DNA from: Candidatus Hermodarchaeota archaeon
GTDB taxonomy: Archaea > Asgardarchaeota > Lokiarchaeia > Sigyniarchaeales > SOKP01
DNA: 14,850 bases
Assembly: GCA_048885925.1 (NCBI GenBank)
Contig: JBHLLG010000067.1
Coordinates: 1 to 14,850, forward strand
Direction: 5' to 3'
Part shown: one piece after another, positions 6,918-14,850 of the stretch
Layout of the letters: every line of letters begins with the position of its first letter
How positions within the stretch are numbered: position 1 is the first letter of the stretch
Notes under the pieces: model-generated
What the model saw: the letters and a program-made list of their open reading frames with translations, nothing else
What the model was told of the DNA's origin: nothing
The model's database searches: none
Translations under genes and position numbers: made by a program

Positions 6918-8204
6918 TTAGAGTAATTTGAAATATTTTTCTCTTCGGTTGAATATATCATTTTTAATTTGTGCTGTTTGTCTTCTGAAAGTAATAATTC
7001 TAGAAGGAGCAAAATATTCAAAATCAAATTCAACATTTTCACCTTCCTTTTTACCTGGTATTGGCATAAGTCGAGCAGTTAATGGTTTATGTAGAGTTAT
7101 AGAAATAGTGCAAATATCCAATAAGATATAAAACAACTCTTTTTCTGAAATATCACCAGGTAAAGGTACTACATCAAGACCCGCTCCGCACATAGTAGAG
7201 TATAATAAAAGTGAATCTAAATTATATCTATTTTCAGATAACCTTTTAGATAAAATAAAATCTTCTAATACTGGTTGCATGAAACCTGAAAATCCTATTA
7301 CTTTCTCTTTATTAGCTGGAATTGCATTTTTTAATAAAGCTATTCCGGTTAATGTTCCATTGGCTCCAAAATACTCAATTCCTAATTTTTCTATAGCAGT
7401 TCCAATACTTTTATCAATTGTGGGGTATGGAGCAGGTGTAAAATCGATTCCTTTAAATTCTATATCAAAATTTCTCGCAACTGTTTCAGATATTTTAGTT
7501 AAGTTATCATAGATCTCATTAAATTTAGCTAACAGATTTAGTTGTGCGTCTTTCAATGATTTGCTTTTTTCGAATACATTTATAACTTCATCTGCCATTT
7601 CTAAAGCTAAAGAAAAGCCAGGTTTTTCTGAAAAGTGATAAGCTGCTGGAAAGAAAGGTATATTAGGTTTAATATTAGCAGATACACAAAATTGTAAATT
7701 CTTAAACGGATCAGGTTCTGATAATTCTTTTATTATTTTAGCACTTGATTTAAGGGCATCAAGATTTATTCCATGTTTAGTAGATGCAACTGGTAAAGAT
7801 GTGAAAAAATTATTATAATTTGTAATAAACTGGGGAACCTCGTCTAATAAAAGTTTCTCGAAAATTCCCAATTCTTGCATTTCGTTTGCTAACATCATGC
7901 AACAAGCAAAATATTTAATTCCATAATCTTTAAATATATCTTGTAAAAAACCTAATTGATTATTAATGGCTACTAACGTTTCTTTTAAGTTTTTTTCATA
8001 AAATAGTTTATTTTCATAACTAAATAGAGGTTGTGAAGCAAATCTTTTAGTGTCAACAGTAATACCGATTTCTTCTAACTTACTAATTAACTCGTCATAA
8101 AATGAAGAAAAGTTTGATAATTTCGCTTGTAAAAATGATAAAATAGCTTCATTCTTATATAAAAAAGGGATAATTTGTCCTATAGTAATAGCTCTTACTC
8201 TCAT
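6918..8204 (-). CDS. DUF711/UPF0210 family protein (PFL/RNR-like barrel)
   Basis: MRVRAITIG start, FCVSAN..PNIPFFPAAYH, GIDFTPAP, GFSGFMQPVLED, LLLYSTMCGAGLDVVPLPGD and KPLTARLMPIPGK are characteristic DUF711 blocks. Confidence 0.9.
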   Translation of the reverse strand: MRVRAITIGQIIPFLYKNEAILSFLQAKLSNFSSFYDELISKLEEIGITVDTKRFASQPLFSYENKLFYEKNLKETLVAINNQLGFLQDIFKDYGIKYFACCMMLANEMQELGIFEKLLLDEVPQFITNYNNFFTSLPVASTKHGINLDALKSSAKIIKELSEPDPFKNLQFCVSANIKPNIPFFPAAYHFSEKPGFSLALEMADEVINVFEKSKSLKDAQLNLLAKFNEIYDNLTKISETVARNFDIEFKGIDFTPAPYPTIDKSIGTAIEKLGIEYFGANGTLTGIALLKNAIPANKEKVIGFSGFMQPVLEDFILSKRLSENRYNLDSLLLYSTMCGAGLDVVPLPGDISEKELFYILLDICTISITLHKPLTARLMPIPGKKEGENVEFDFEYFAPSRIITFRRQTAQIKNDIFNRREKYFKLL

Positions 8205-8357
8205 AATCAGATCATAAAATTATTTATTTGAAATTAAAATTCTCGACCTATAATATAATAAAAAATATCTATTAATAAGATCTATAAGAGAGACACTAAA
8301 AAATATTTAATTTTATTTTAAGTAATTTATCATTAATTTAAATTAAATTCAAGAATC

Positions 8358-10760
8358 CTAAATTTCATCCAATTTAGCTTTATCTTTTAATTCTTCTTTA
8401 AAGGAAGGTGGTTTTAGATATTCATCTGGGTGTATTGGACCTAGTTTATCCAATTCCTCCTTAAATTCTTTAATTACTTTTGCGTATTTTTCTCCTTCTC
8501 CAGCGGATATACTAACAATTTTAATACGATTCTCATTAATATTTGCCTGATTCAACATCTCACGAATGCTTTCATATCTTGTTTTGGCTTTGTTAAAACC
8601 AGTGTCATAATGACAATCTTGGGGATAACATCCAGCAATTAAAACGCCATCAGCACCTTGAAAAAAACTTTCGAATACTAGGGATGGATTTAACATTGCC
8701 GTACACATGACATGAATAGGTCTCACATTTGTAGGATAAGTAATTTTACTTGTTCCGGCGAGATCTGCACCCACATAAGAACACCAATTACATAAAAACG
8801 CTATAATTAATGGGCTTTCTCTTTTTTCGCTTAAGACTGTTTTAATTTGAGTAGAAATTTGCTCTCGCTTAAATCCTGGAATATAAAGAGCATCATAAGG
8901 ACACATTGCAACACAAGCTCCACAGCCCGAACAATTCGCATTTATTATTTTTAATTGATTATTTTCAATTTTCAAAGCATTATAACCACAAATATTCTCA
9001 CATAATCTACAGAGATCACAATTTTCTTTAATTAAATAAACGATATGAGGATCTAACTCTACTTTTCCTTTTGAAATTAAAGCAATAGCTTTGCTAGCAG
9101 CACTTTCTGCTTGGGCAATACTGTTTGGTATGTCTTTTGGACCTTGAATTGCTCCTGCTAAATATATCCCACTTACAAGTGTCTCAGAGGGTTTAATTTT
9201 TAAATGCTTTTCTAATAAAAAGCCATATGGATCTTGAGAAATGTTTAATATATTACTTAACTTATCAGTTCCATCTGCAGGTTCAATACCCACCGCTAAA
9301 ACTACTAAATCTGTCTTATTTTCAAATAGAGAGTCTTCAATAATATCTTCACCACGCACTATTAATTCATTTGATGTATCACTCTTTAAAATGGCTGAAA
9401 TATTGCTTTTGATGAAGCGTACACCAAATACTTCACGTGCTCTATTATAAAATTCTTCGCAATTTTTACCCACAGCTCTTATATCTGTGTAATAGATATT
9501 AATTTCAATATTGGGATATTCTTGTTTTAATAGAATAGCTTGCTTTATGGCTTCATTGCAACAAACTTGACTGCAATATTCATGGTGAATTTTTTTATTT
9601 CGAGAACCAACACATAAAACAAATGAAACTTTTTTAGGAGCTTTACCATTAGAAGCTCTCACAACTTTACCATGAGTTGGACCATCATTATTAAGCATTC
9701 TCTCCATTTCCATTGTAGTAATTACATCTGTGTATTTTTCATATCCATATTCTCCTAATAATGATGGATCAAAAGGTTTTAGACCAGTTGCTACAATAAT
9801 TGAACCTACTTTAATATTGAGAATTTTTGGTTTTTGATCAAAATCAATAGCATCCCTTTCACCACATGCTTGAGCACATGCTTTACAACCAATACAATAA
9901 TCTTCCAATATGTTTGGAAATAAAGGTATTGCTTGAGGATACGGAACATCTATTGCTTTTCTTGGAAAAAATGTATCTTCTACATCAATAGGGCATACCT
10001 CTCGGCAAATATCAAAACAACCAACACAATTTTCCTCTTTTATAAATCGAGGATTCTTTTTTATAGTAATATCAAAATTTCCAATATATCCTTCCACTTT
10101 TTCAACTTCAGAATAAGTTAGGAGCTCGATATTTAGATTATCATTTACTTCAGACATCATAGGGCCTAAAATACAAATTGAACAATCCAAAGTGGGAAAA
10201 GTTTTATCAAAGAGGGCCATATGACCTCCGATTGTCGCATGTCTTTCAACTAAATATACTTTATTACCTGCATTAGCAATTGTTAAAGCGGCACTTATAC
10301 CTGCGATTCCACCACCAATAACTAAAACAGAAGGTTCTATATCTGAATATTGAACTTCTAGGGGTTCAAGAAGCTTTACTCTTTCTATTGCCATGTTTAT
10401 TTGATCTATTGCTTTTCTTGTTGCTTTTTTAGGAGTATCATAGTGAACCCATGAATTTTGCTCACGTATATTGGCAAATGATATTAAGAATCGATTTATT
10501 CCTGCCTTTTCAATGGTTTTTCTAAAAAGAGGGCCATGCAATTTAAATGAACAAGCTGCTATAACAATACGATCTATTTCATTTTCTTTAATATCGTTAG
10601 TTATTTTACTTAATCCTGCTTCTGAACATAAATACTGGTCGTCAAAGACTACAATTTCGGGGAAATTATTTTTATAAAATTCTTTTAAATGTGGAATATT
10701 TAACGTGCTTGATATATTTTTCCCACATCCACAAATAAATAATCCAATCTTTTCCGTCAT
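8358..10760 (-). CDS. hdrA: Heterodisulfide reductase subunit A fused to a C-terminal MvhD/FlpD [2Fe-2S] domain
   Basis: N-terminal ICGCG...YLCS...AACS...NIREQNSWVH; FAD-binding GGGIAG; DKTFPTLDCSICIL; inserted ferredoxin; CVGSR...YCSQVCC; GPKDIP; C-terminal 2[4Fe-4S] domain; then MvhD motifs AFLCNWCSYVGADLAG, VMCT, GADGVLIAGCYPQDCHY. Confidence 0.95.
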   Translation of the reverse strand: MTEKIGLFICGCGKNISSTLNIPHLKEFYKNNFPEIVVFDDQYLCSEAGLSKITNDIKENEIDRIVIAACSFKLHGPLFRKTIEKAGINRFLISFANIREQNSWVHYDTPKKATRKAIDQINMAIERVKLLEPLEVQYSDIEPSVLVIGGGIAGISAALTIANAGNKVYLVERHATIGGHMALFDKTFPTLDCSICILGPMMSEVNDNLNIELLTYSEVEKVEGYIGNFDITIKKNPRFIKEENCVGCFDICREVCPIDVEDTFFPRKAIDVPYPQAIPLFPNILEDYCIGCKACAQACGERDAIDFDQKPKILNIKVGSIIVATGLKPFDPSLLGEYGYEKYTDVITTMEMERMLNNDGPTHGKVVRASNGKAPKKVSFVLCVGSRNKKIHHEYCSQVCCNEAIKQAILLKQEYPNIEINIYYTDIRAVGKNCEEFYNRAREVFGVRFIKSNISAILKSDTSNELIVRGEDIIEDSLFENKTDLVVLAVGIEPADGTDKLSNILNISQDPYGFLLEKHLKIKPSETLVSGIYLAGAIQGPKDIPNSIAQAESAASKAIALISKGKVELDPHIVYLIKENCDLCRLCENICGYNALKIENNQLKIINANCSGCGACVAMCPYDALYIPGFKREQISTQIKTVLSEKRESPLIIAFLCNWCSYVGADLAGTSKITYPTNVRPIHVMCTAMLNPSLVFESFFQGADGVLIAGCYPQDCHYDTGFNKAKTRYESIREMLNQANINENRIKIVSISAGEGEKYAKVIKEFKEELDKLGPIHPDEYLKPPSFKEELKDKAKLDEI

Positions 10761-11178
10761 GACATTTATAAAAATAAAAGGGTATCCTATTTACATTGAA
10801 TTATTCAATATTTAATAGAATTAAGAATATAAATTATAAATTTTGTTAATAATGAGAATATAGAAAAAAAAATATTAATTTAACATTTAAATAACGATAT
10901 TCAGATAAGAGAATATTGAATATTAAAATATTTGAACCTCAAATTTTCTATAATTAAATTCTACTTAATTAAATTAGATTATAACATTCATAATTTTAAA
11001 TATAATTGCTATATCTAATCTATTCTTTAGGTTTTAAGGTGAAATGCTATTAAGCATCTAATAAAAAATATGTAAAATTTTTTAAACAGGGTAAGATAAA
11101 ATAAACTCAATTTTAATTTGAAAAAAATTAAAATTTCACTATATTTTAAAATATTTTTAAAAAAAAAAGTGATCTTAT

Positions 11179-11895
11179 ATGGGTGAAACTGTAAGTAGTG
11201 GAACGTTTAGAAAAGAAACTACTGCATCAAAAGTAGTAGCTTTTATCGCATTTTTGTTCATGATGATGGAAGCAATTACCTTATTTTATGCTGTTGATGC
11301 TGGCGCTGACGATATAATTATTCTTTATGGGGTATTAATAATAATACTTGCCGCAGTCCTTTTTATTTCATTAGATTTTATTGATTTAAAGAAGTTTAAA
11401 ATTCCCTATACATGGTGGATTCTTCTAGTTATTGGCATTCTTCTAGTCATTTTTGCGATTTTAGCAGAATCAACTAACTATCTTCCAGCTGCATTAGTTT
11501 TATTGGCTTTTCTCTTAGAATTCTTACTCAAAAAGAAAGAATACCAAGCTTCAAAATTAGTAGCTCTTCTCGGTGGTGCTATGGGTATATATGATTGCAT
11601 TATTATCTTCATGTCAGGTGACTTTATTGAACTTTTTGGAATGGAGTATTTATATGTAAACGCGGTTTTTGGTATAATTTTTGCAGTCATTTTAATATTA
11701 ACAACGCAAACTAAAATTAATATCAGAATACCATTTATTTGGTGGATTGTTGCGTTTGTAGGATTTTTCTTTTTTGCATGGATCTGGTTAGATGCATGGA
11801 CATTTGCTCAACTTTTAGACCCCCAAATGGCACTTGGTGGAGATTCTTGGTTTGTGTTAGCTGTAGCATTTATATTACTGGTAATGGGCTTCTAA
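11179..11895 (+). CDS. Hypothetical integral membrane protein (~8 TM) built from two internal repeats
   Basis: Almost entirely hydrophobic; KETTASKVVAF/KEYQASKLVAL and IPYTWWI/IPFIWWI recur at an offset of 108-109 aa; SD-like GTGAT upstream; T11 run downstream. Confidence 0.85.
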   Translation: MGETVSSGTFRKETTASKVVAFIAFLFMMMEAITLFYAVDAGADDIIILYGVLIIILAAVLFISLDFIDLKKFKIPYTWWILLVIGILLVIFAILAESTNYLPAALVLLAFLLEFLLKKKEYQASKLVALLGGAMGIYDCIIIFMSGDFIELFGMEYLYVNAVFGIIFAVILILTTQTKINIRIPFIWWIVAFVGFFFFAWIWLDAWTFAQLLDPQMALGGDSWFVLAVAFILLVMGF

Positions 11896-11915
11896 ATTAA
11901 ATAATAATTATTCTA

Positions 11916-11926
11916 TTTTTTTTTTT
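11916..11926 (+). terminator. Oligo-T terminator
   Basis: Run of 11 T about 20 nt after the stop at 11895. Confidence 0.6.
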
Positions 11927-12023
11927 AATTTTTAGACCAATCTTATCATTATTTTTACTAATTGTATTGAGGAAAAAGTATTGTTGGGATTTGGAAAATA
12001 AATAATATTAATAAATTTTATCG

Positions 12024-12635
12024 TTAAAAATCGTTCTCTTCGAGCATTTTTTTTGTTAGAAAGGGATATACTTTTAAAATATCAAAATTATGTTTCTTCA
12101 TCTCTAAAAAGTAATTCTTCTCTATTTCGTATTCTTTTTTTGCCCAATTTAATATCTCATCCCGAGAATAATATTTACCCTTTAAAACTTGTAATCCCTT
12201 GCATTTTTTTGTATAATCATCAAAATTTTTTTTACTCGATACCATCATTTGCCAAAATGGAAAGGATCTGCATTGAAATGGTCGATATATATGAACAGTA
12301 CATATGTTTTCTTTAAGGAAATGACAATGCTCATCTTCCCCTGTAAATTTAAATCCAAGCGCTTTAAAACGATATGTTTTTCCTCTCTGTTCTTCTTTGT
12401 CTTTCCAGTAAAAAGAATCATCAATAACTTTAAGATATTTCTCAGCGAAATCTCTTAAACCTTTTTTCCCTTTTAATCCTAAAAATTTAGCTAATCTAAA
12501 AATATCATCTTTATATAGATAGACTTCTCCTTCATTCAATCCCGTACAGCATTTACCGCACATTTGGCAAGAAAATTTAATTCCATTTTCTAGATTTTTA
12601 GAAACTTTAATCTCCGTTGATGTCAATCCAAACAA
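12024..12635 (-). CDS. YkgJ-family cysteine cluster (CxxCxxCC) Zn/Fe-chelating protein
   Basis: FSCQMCGKCC ... HCHFL..NICTVHIYRPFQCRSFPFW ... CKG. Start is TTG, at 12635 or three codons later at 12626. Confidence 0.9.
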   Translation of the reverse strand: MFGLTSTEIKVSKNLENGIKFSCQMCGKCCTGLNEGEVYLYKDDIFRLAKFLGLKGKKGLRDFAEKYLKVIDDSFYWKDKEEQRGKTYRFKALGFKFTGEDEHCHFLKENICTVHIYRPFQCRSFPFWQMMVSSKKNFDDYTKKCKGLQVLKGKYYSRDEILNWAKKEYEIEKNYFLEMKKHNFDILKVYPFLTKKMLEENDF

Positions 12636-12772
12636 AAACTTTCAATTTATAGATGTATAATTTTAATTAATAATTAATATACAAATATTTAATTAATATT
12701 TACTTGTTAATTCACTGATTATGCCCAGCTATAAATAAAAAGAACTTCAAATTTTTGGTGATAAGATTAAAT

Positions 12773-14850
12773 TTGAAAGAAAAATCAGAGTTAAATTTTC
12801 AATATATTAATGAAAACCTAAAAATTTTAGAAAATATTTTGATAAAAACTGATTTTATCACCGAAAAACATTTTAAAGAATGGCAAAAAGATTTTGAGGA
12901 TATTTATGGTACAAAACAAACTAATTTAAGGTTATATATTGTTCTTTGTTTAATTTACTTGACAGGACATGTTTTTGTATCGAAATTTATTCTGGACACC
13001 CATAATTTATTATTAAAACATGAAATATCTTTTACATGTTTTAAAAAGATCGAAGAGAATACCAAATCAAAATATAATCACATTGATATCTTTAAAATTA
13101 ACTATTTTGATCCAATATTTTCTCTTTCTGAAAAAGAAGATTTAAATTTTTTTTGTCAATTGGTTTTAACTGTTTCAAATCATGTTTTTAAATTAGATAT
13201 ACCCTCTGAATATTTCTTTGATTATCTTATTCAAAAGATTATATCTCCTATAATAAGACATGCGTCAGGTGAGTATTATACTCCACCATTTCTAATAAAA
13301 CAAATGATAAAAGAATCATACTCATTTGGTGACACTATTCTTGATCCTAGTTGTGGTTCAGGGAATTTTTTAACAGAAATAACCAAATTTATTCTTTCTC
13401 AAAATAAATCTAAAGAAGAAAAAATTTCAGCAATTAACCAAGTTTATGGTTATGACATAAATCCAATTTCAATTTATATATCTAAAATTAACTTATTATA
13501 TATATTAAAAGATTTTAGCTCTGAAACCAAATTGAATGTATACATTTTCGATTCATTATTTCAAAAGTACGGAAATCTTAATAGAAAATTTGATTTGATA
13601 ATAGGAAATCCTCCTTGGTATACCTATCGCGATATTCAGTCTATTGATTATCAAAATAAAGCTAAAGGTTTAGCAGAGCAATTGGAAATAAAACCACTTC
13701 CAAAGAACCTATTGAATTTAGAAATATCAACACTATTTTTTTATAAAGCAAGAGATTCCTATATGAAAGAAGGAGCAAAGATATTTTTTGTTATAACTAA
13801 AGGTGTTATTACAGGGTCTCATGCCTCTAAATTCCGTAATTTCAAAGGATTTACAGATATAAAAATTTGGACTTTTGATAAAAAAATTGAAAATCTATTT
13901 AATGTTGATTTTATTTGCTTATTTGGGAAGAGATCAAGCAAAGAATCAGAAGAATCGATTAAAGAGATACCTTCTTACCATTTTTCTCTAAAAAGCAAAA
14001 ATGAGAATGTCGATTATTTTGATAATGTAGAACTCTATTTAGAAAAAGAATTAGTTTTATTACCCTATTCAATTGAAGAAAAAGGAGGTAAATTATATAC
14101 AAAGAAATTTATCTCAAAAGAAAAGAGTAAAAGACTATTGCCTATCCATGAAAGTTATTATAAAAAACTCTTTCATAAAGGAGCTGATTTAAATCCAAGA
14201 AATCTAATATTCATTCGATTTGATAATATTAATGATGTCTTGGTAAAAATAAATCCAGATGAGAGAATTTTTAAAAGGGCTAAATCACCCTGGAACAAAA
14301 AAGAGTTCAATGATGATATCATTGAGGAAAAATATTTGTTTAAAGTGATTAAAAGTACAGAATTAGTCAAATTTCATGCATATAGTCATTATAATGTCTT
14401 TTTACCACTTAAGAAATCTAATTTAAATTTTAATTACGATGATCTAGCTAGCCACGCTAAAGTATTTTATGATAAAATAAATAATGTGTATAATAGATAT
14501 AAAAAAACTACAACCAAACATAAATCTTTGATGGATAACTTAAATCGATGGTCAAAATTAATAAATGAAAGACAAATATCAAAAATAAAGGTTGTATATA
14601 ACAATTCAGGTTCGATCGTGTATTCGGCAGTACTGCAGGGAAATTTCTTAATTACCGGAGATTTAAGTTTTTATAATACAAATAATCTTGAAGAAGCTCA
14701 TTACTTATCAGCTATTTTGAACTCTAACATAATTACAGAACAAATAAGAATAATAAAGAGCTCAAGGCATATCTTTAAACTTCCTTTGGATTTTCCTATT
14801 AAAAAATTTAATTCTCATGATCCTAACCATAAAAAGCTAGCGGAATTGGG
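12773..14850 (+). CDS. N6-adenine DNA methyltransferase (gamma-type, Type IIG-like MTase + target-recognition domain), 3' end outside window
   Basis: Translated by hand: frame 2 is open from TTG 12773 (SD-like GGTGAT at 12757-12762; in-frame TGA at 12716) to the window end. Contains GEYYTP, motif I DPSCGSGNF (13343-13369), YGYDINP, motif IV NPPW (13607-13618) and TRD-like EAHYLSAILNS. Missing from the ORF track because no stop lies in the window. Confidence 0.92.
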   Translation, partial: MKEKSELNFQYINENLKILENILIKTDFITEKHFKEWQKDFEDIYGTKQTNLRLYIVLCLIYLTGHVFVSKFILDTHNLLLKHEISFTCFKKIEENTKSKYNHIDIFKINYFDPIFSLSEKEDLNFFCQLVLTVSNHVFKLDIPSEYFFDYLIQKIISPIIRHASGEYYTPPFLIKQMIKESYSFGDTILDPSCGSGNFLTEITKFILSQNKSKEEKISAINQVYGYDINPISIYISKINLLYILKDFSSETKLNVYIFDSLFQKYGNLNRKFDLIIGNPPWYTYRDIQSIDYQNKAKGLAEQLEIKPLPKNLLNLEISTLFFYKARDSYMKEGAKIFFVITKGVITGSHASKFRNFKGFTDIKIWTFDKKIENLFNVDFICLFGKRSSKESEESIKEIPSYHFSLKSKNENVDYFDNVELYLEKELVLLPYSIEEKGGKLYTKKFISKEKSKRLLPIHESYYKKLFHKGADLNPRNLIFIRFDNINDVLVKINPDERIFKRAKSPWNKKEFNDDIIEEKYLFKVIKSTELVKFHAYSHYNVFLPLKKSNLNFNYDDLASHAKVFYDKINNVYNRYKKTTTKHKSLMDNLNRWSKLINERQISKIKVVYNNSGSIVYSAVLQGNFLITGDLSFYNTNNLEEAHYLSAILNSNIITEQIRIIKSSRHIFKLPLDFPIKKFNSHDPNHKKLAEL

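Noticed and set aside
6848-7042. 64-aa minus-strand ORF
   Set aside because: Overlaps the DUF711 3' end by 125 nt in another frame; DUF711 ends normally, so no frameshift needs to be invoked.
6928-7512. Plus-strand ORFs 6928-7131 and 7279-7512
   Set aside because: Antisense shadows of DUF711.
8266-8275. TATCTATTAA matching one arm of the 1566 palindrome
   Set aside because: Only a 10-nt AT-rich half-site without the matching arm; expected by chance.
8205-8357. Possible eukaryote-like SECIS downstream of hdrA (ATGA...AAAA on the minus strand)
   Set aside because: No convincing upper stem or GA partner, and the gene has no in-frame TGA.
9241-10677. Plus-strand ORFs 9241-9450, 9933-10121 and 10471-10677
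   Set aside because: Antisense shadows of hdrA.
11037-11061. AGGTGA followed by micro-ORF MLLSI*
   Set aside because: SD-to-ATG spacing is only 1 nt and the ORF has five codons.
11478-12458. ORFs 11478-11690 (-), 12053-12316 (+) and 12249-12458 (+)
   Set aside because: Antisense to better-supported genes.
12654-12701. Nested AT-only palindromes between the YkgJ and MTase genes
   Set aside because: Low complexity; not distinguishable from background.
14173-14370. 65-aa minus-strand ORF
   Set aside because: Antisense to the methyltransferase.
1-14850. CRISPR array, tRNA/rRNA, IS element or provirus
   Set aside because: No regularly spaced direct repeats, no GC-rich structured RNA segment, and no transposase, integrase or viral gene seen by eye.

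Overview
Very AT-rich archaeal chromosomal window, most likely Asgard (Lokiarchaeia/Promethearchaeia-like). This is inferred from a single-domain gelsolin protein, zinc-ribbon fusion proteins, an HdrA-MvhD fusion, a BRE/TATA promoter, GGTGA-type Shine-Dalgarno sites and oligo-T terminators. Gene order: 3' part of a hypothetical gene (+); archaetidylserine/phosphatidylserine synthase (-); Zn-ribbon + LURP-one/scramblase-like protein (+); gelsolin-domain protein with extra C-terminal modules (+); Zn-ribbon + HEAT-repeat protein (-); E. coli-FbaB-type class I aldolase (-); small hypothetical (-); ArsR-like wHTH (+); Cys-motif hypothetical (-); DUF711 (-); HdrA-MvhD fusion (-); internally duplicated membrane protein (+); YkgJ CxxCxxCC protein (-); and an N6-adenine DNA methyltransferase running off the right edge (+). 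Both edge genes are absent from the supplied ORF track. The most interesting signals are the gelsolin carrying a HeH/SAP-like module and a terminal class I SH3-ligand-like motif (RRQLPKIP), its clustering with serine-lipid synthase and scramblase-like genes, and two operator-like DNA elements (1566-1594 and 4326-4368). No rRNA, tRNA, CRISPR array or transposase was seen. All family calls are by eye; no searches were run.
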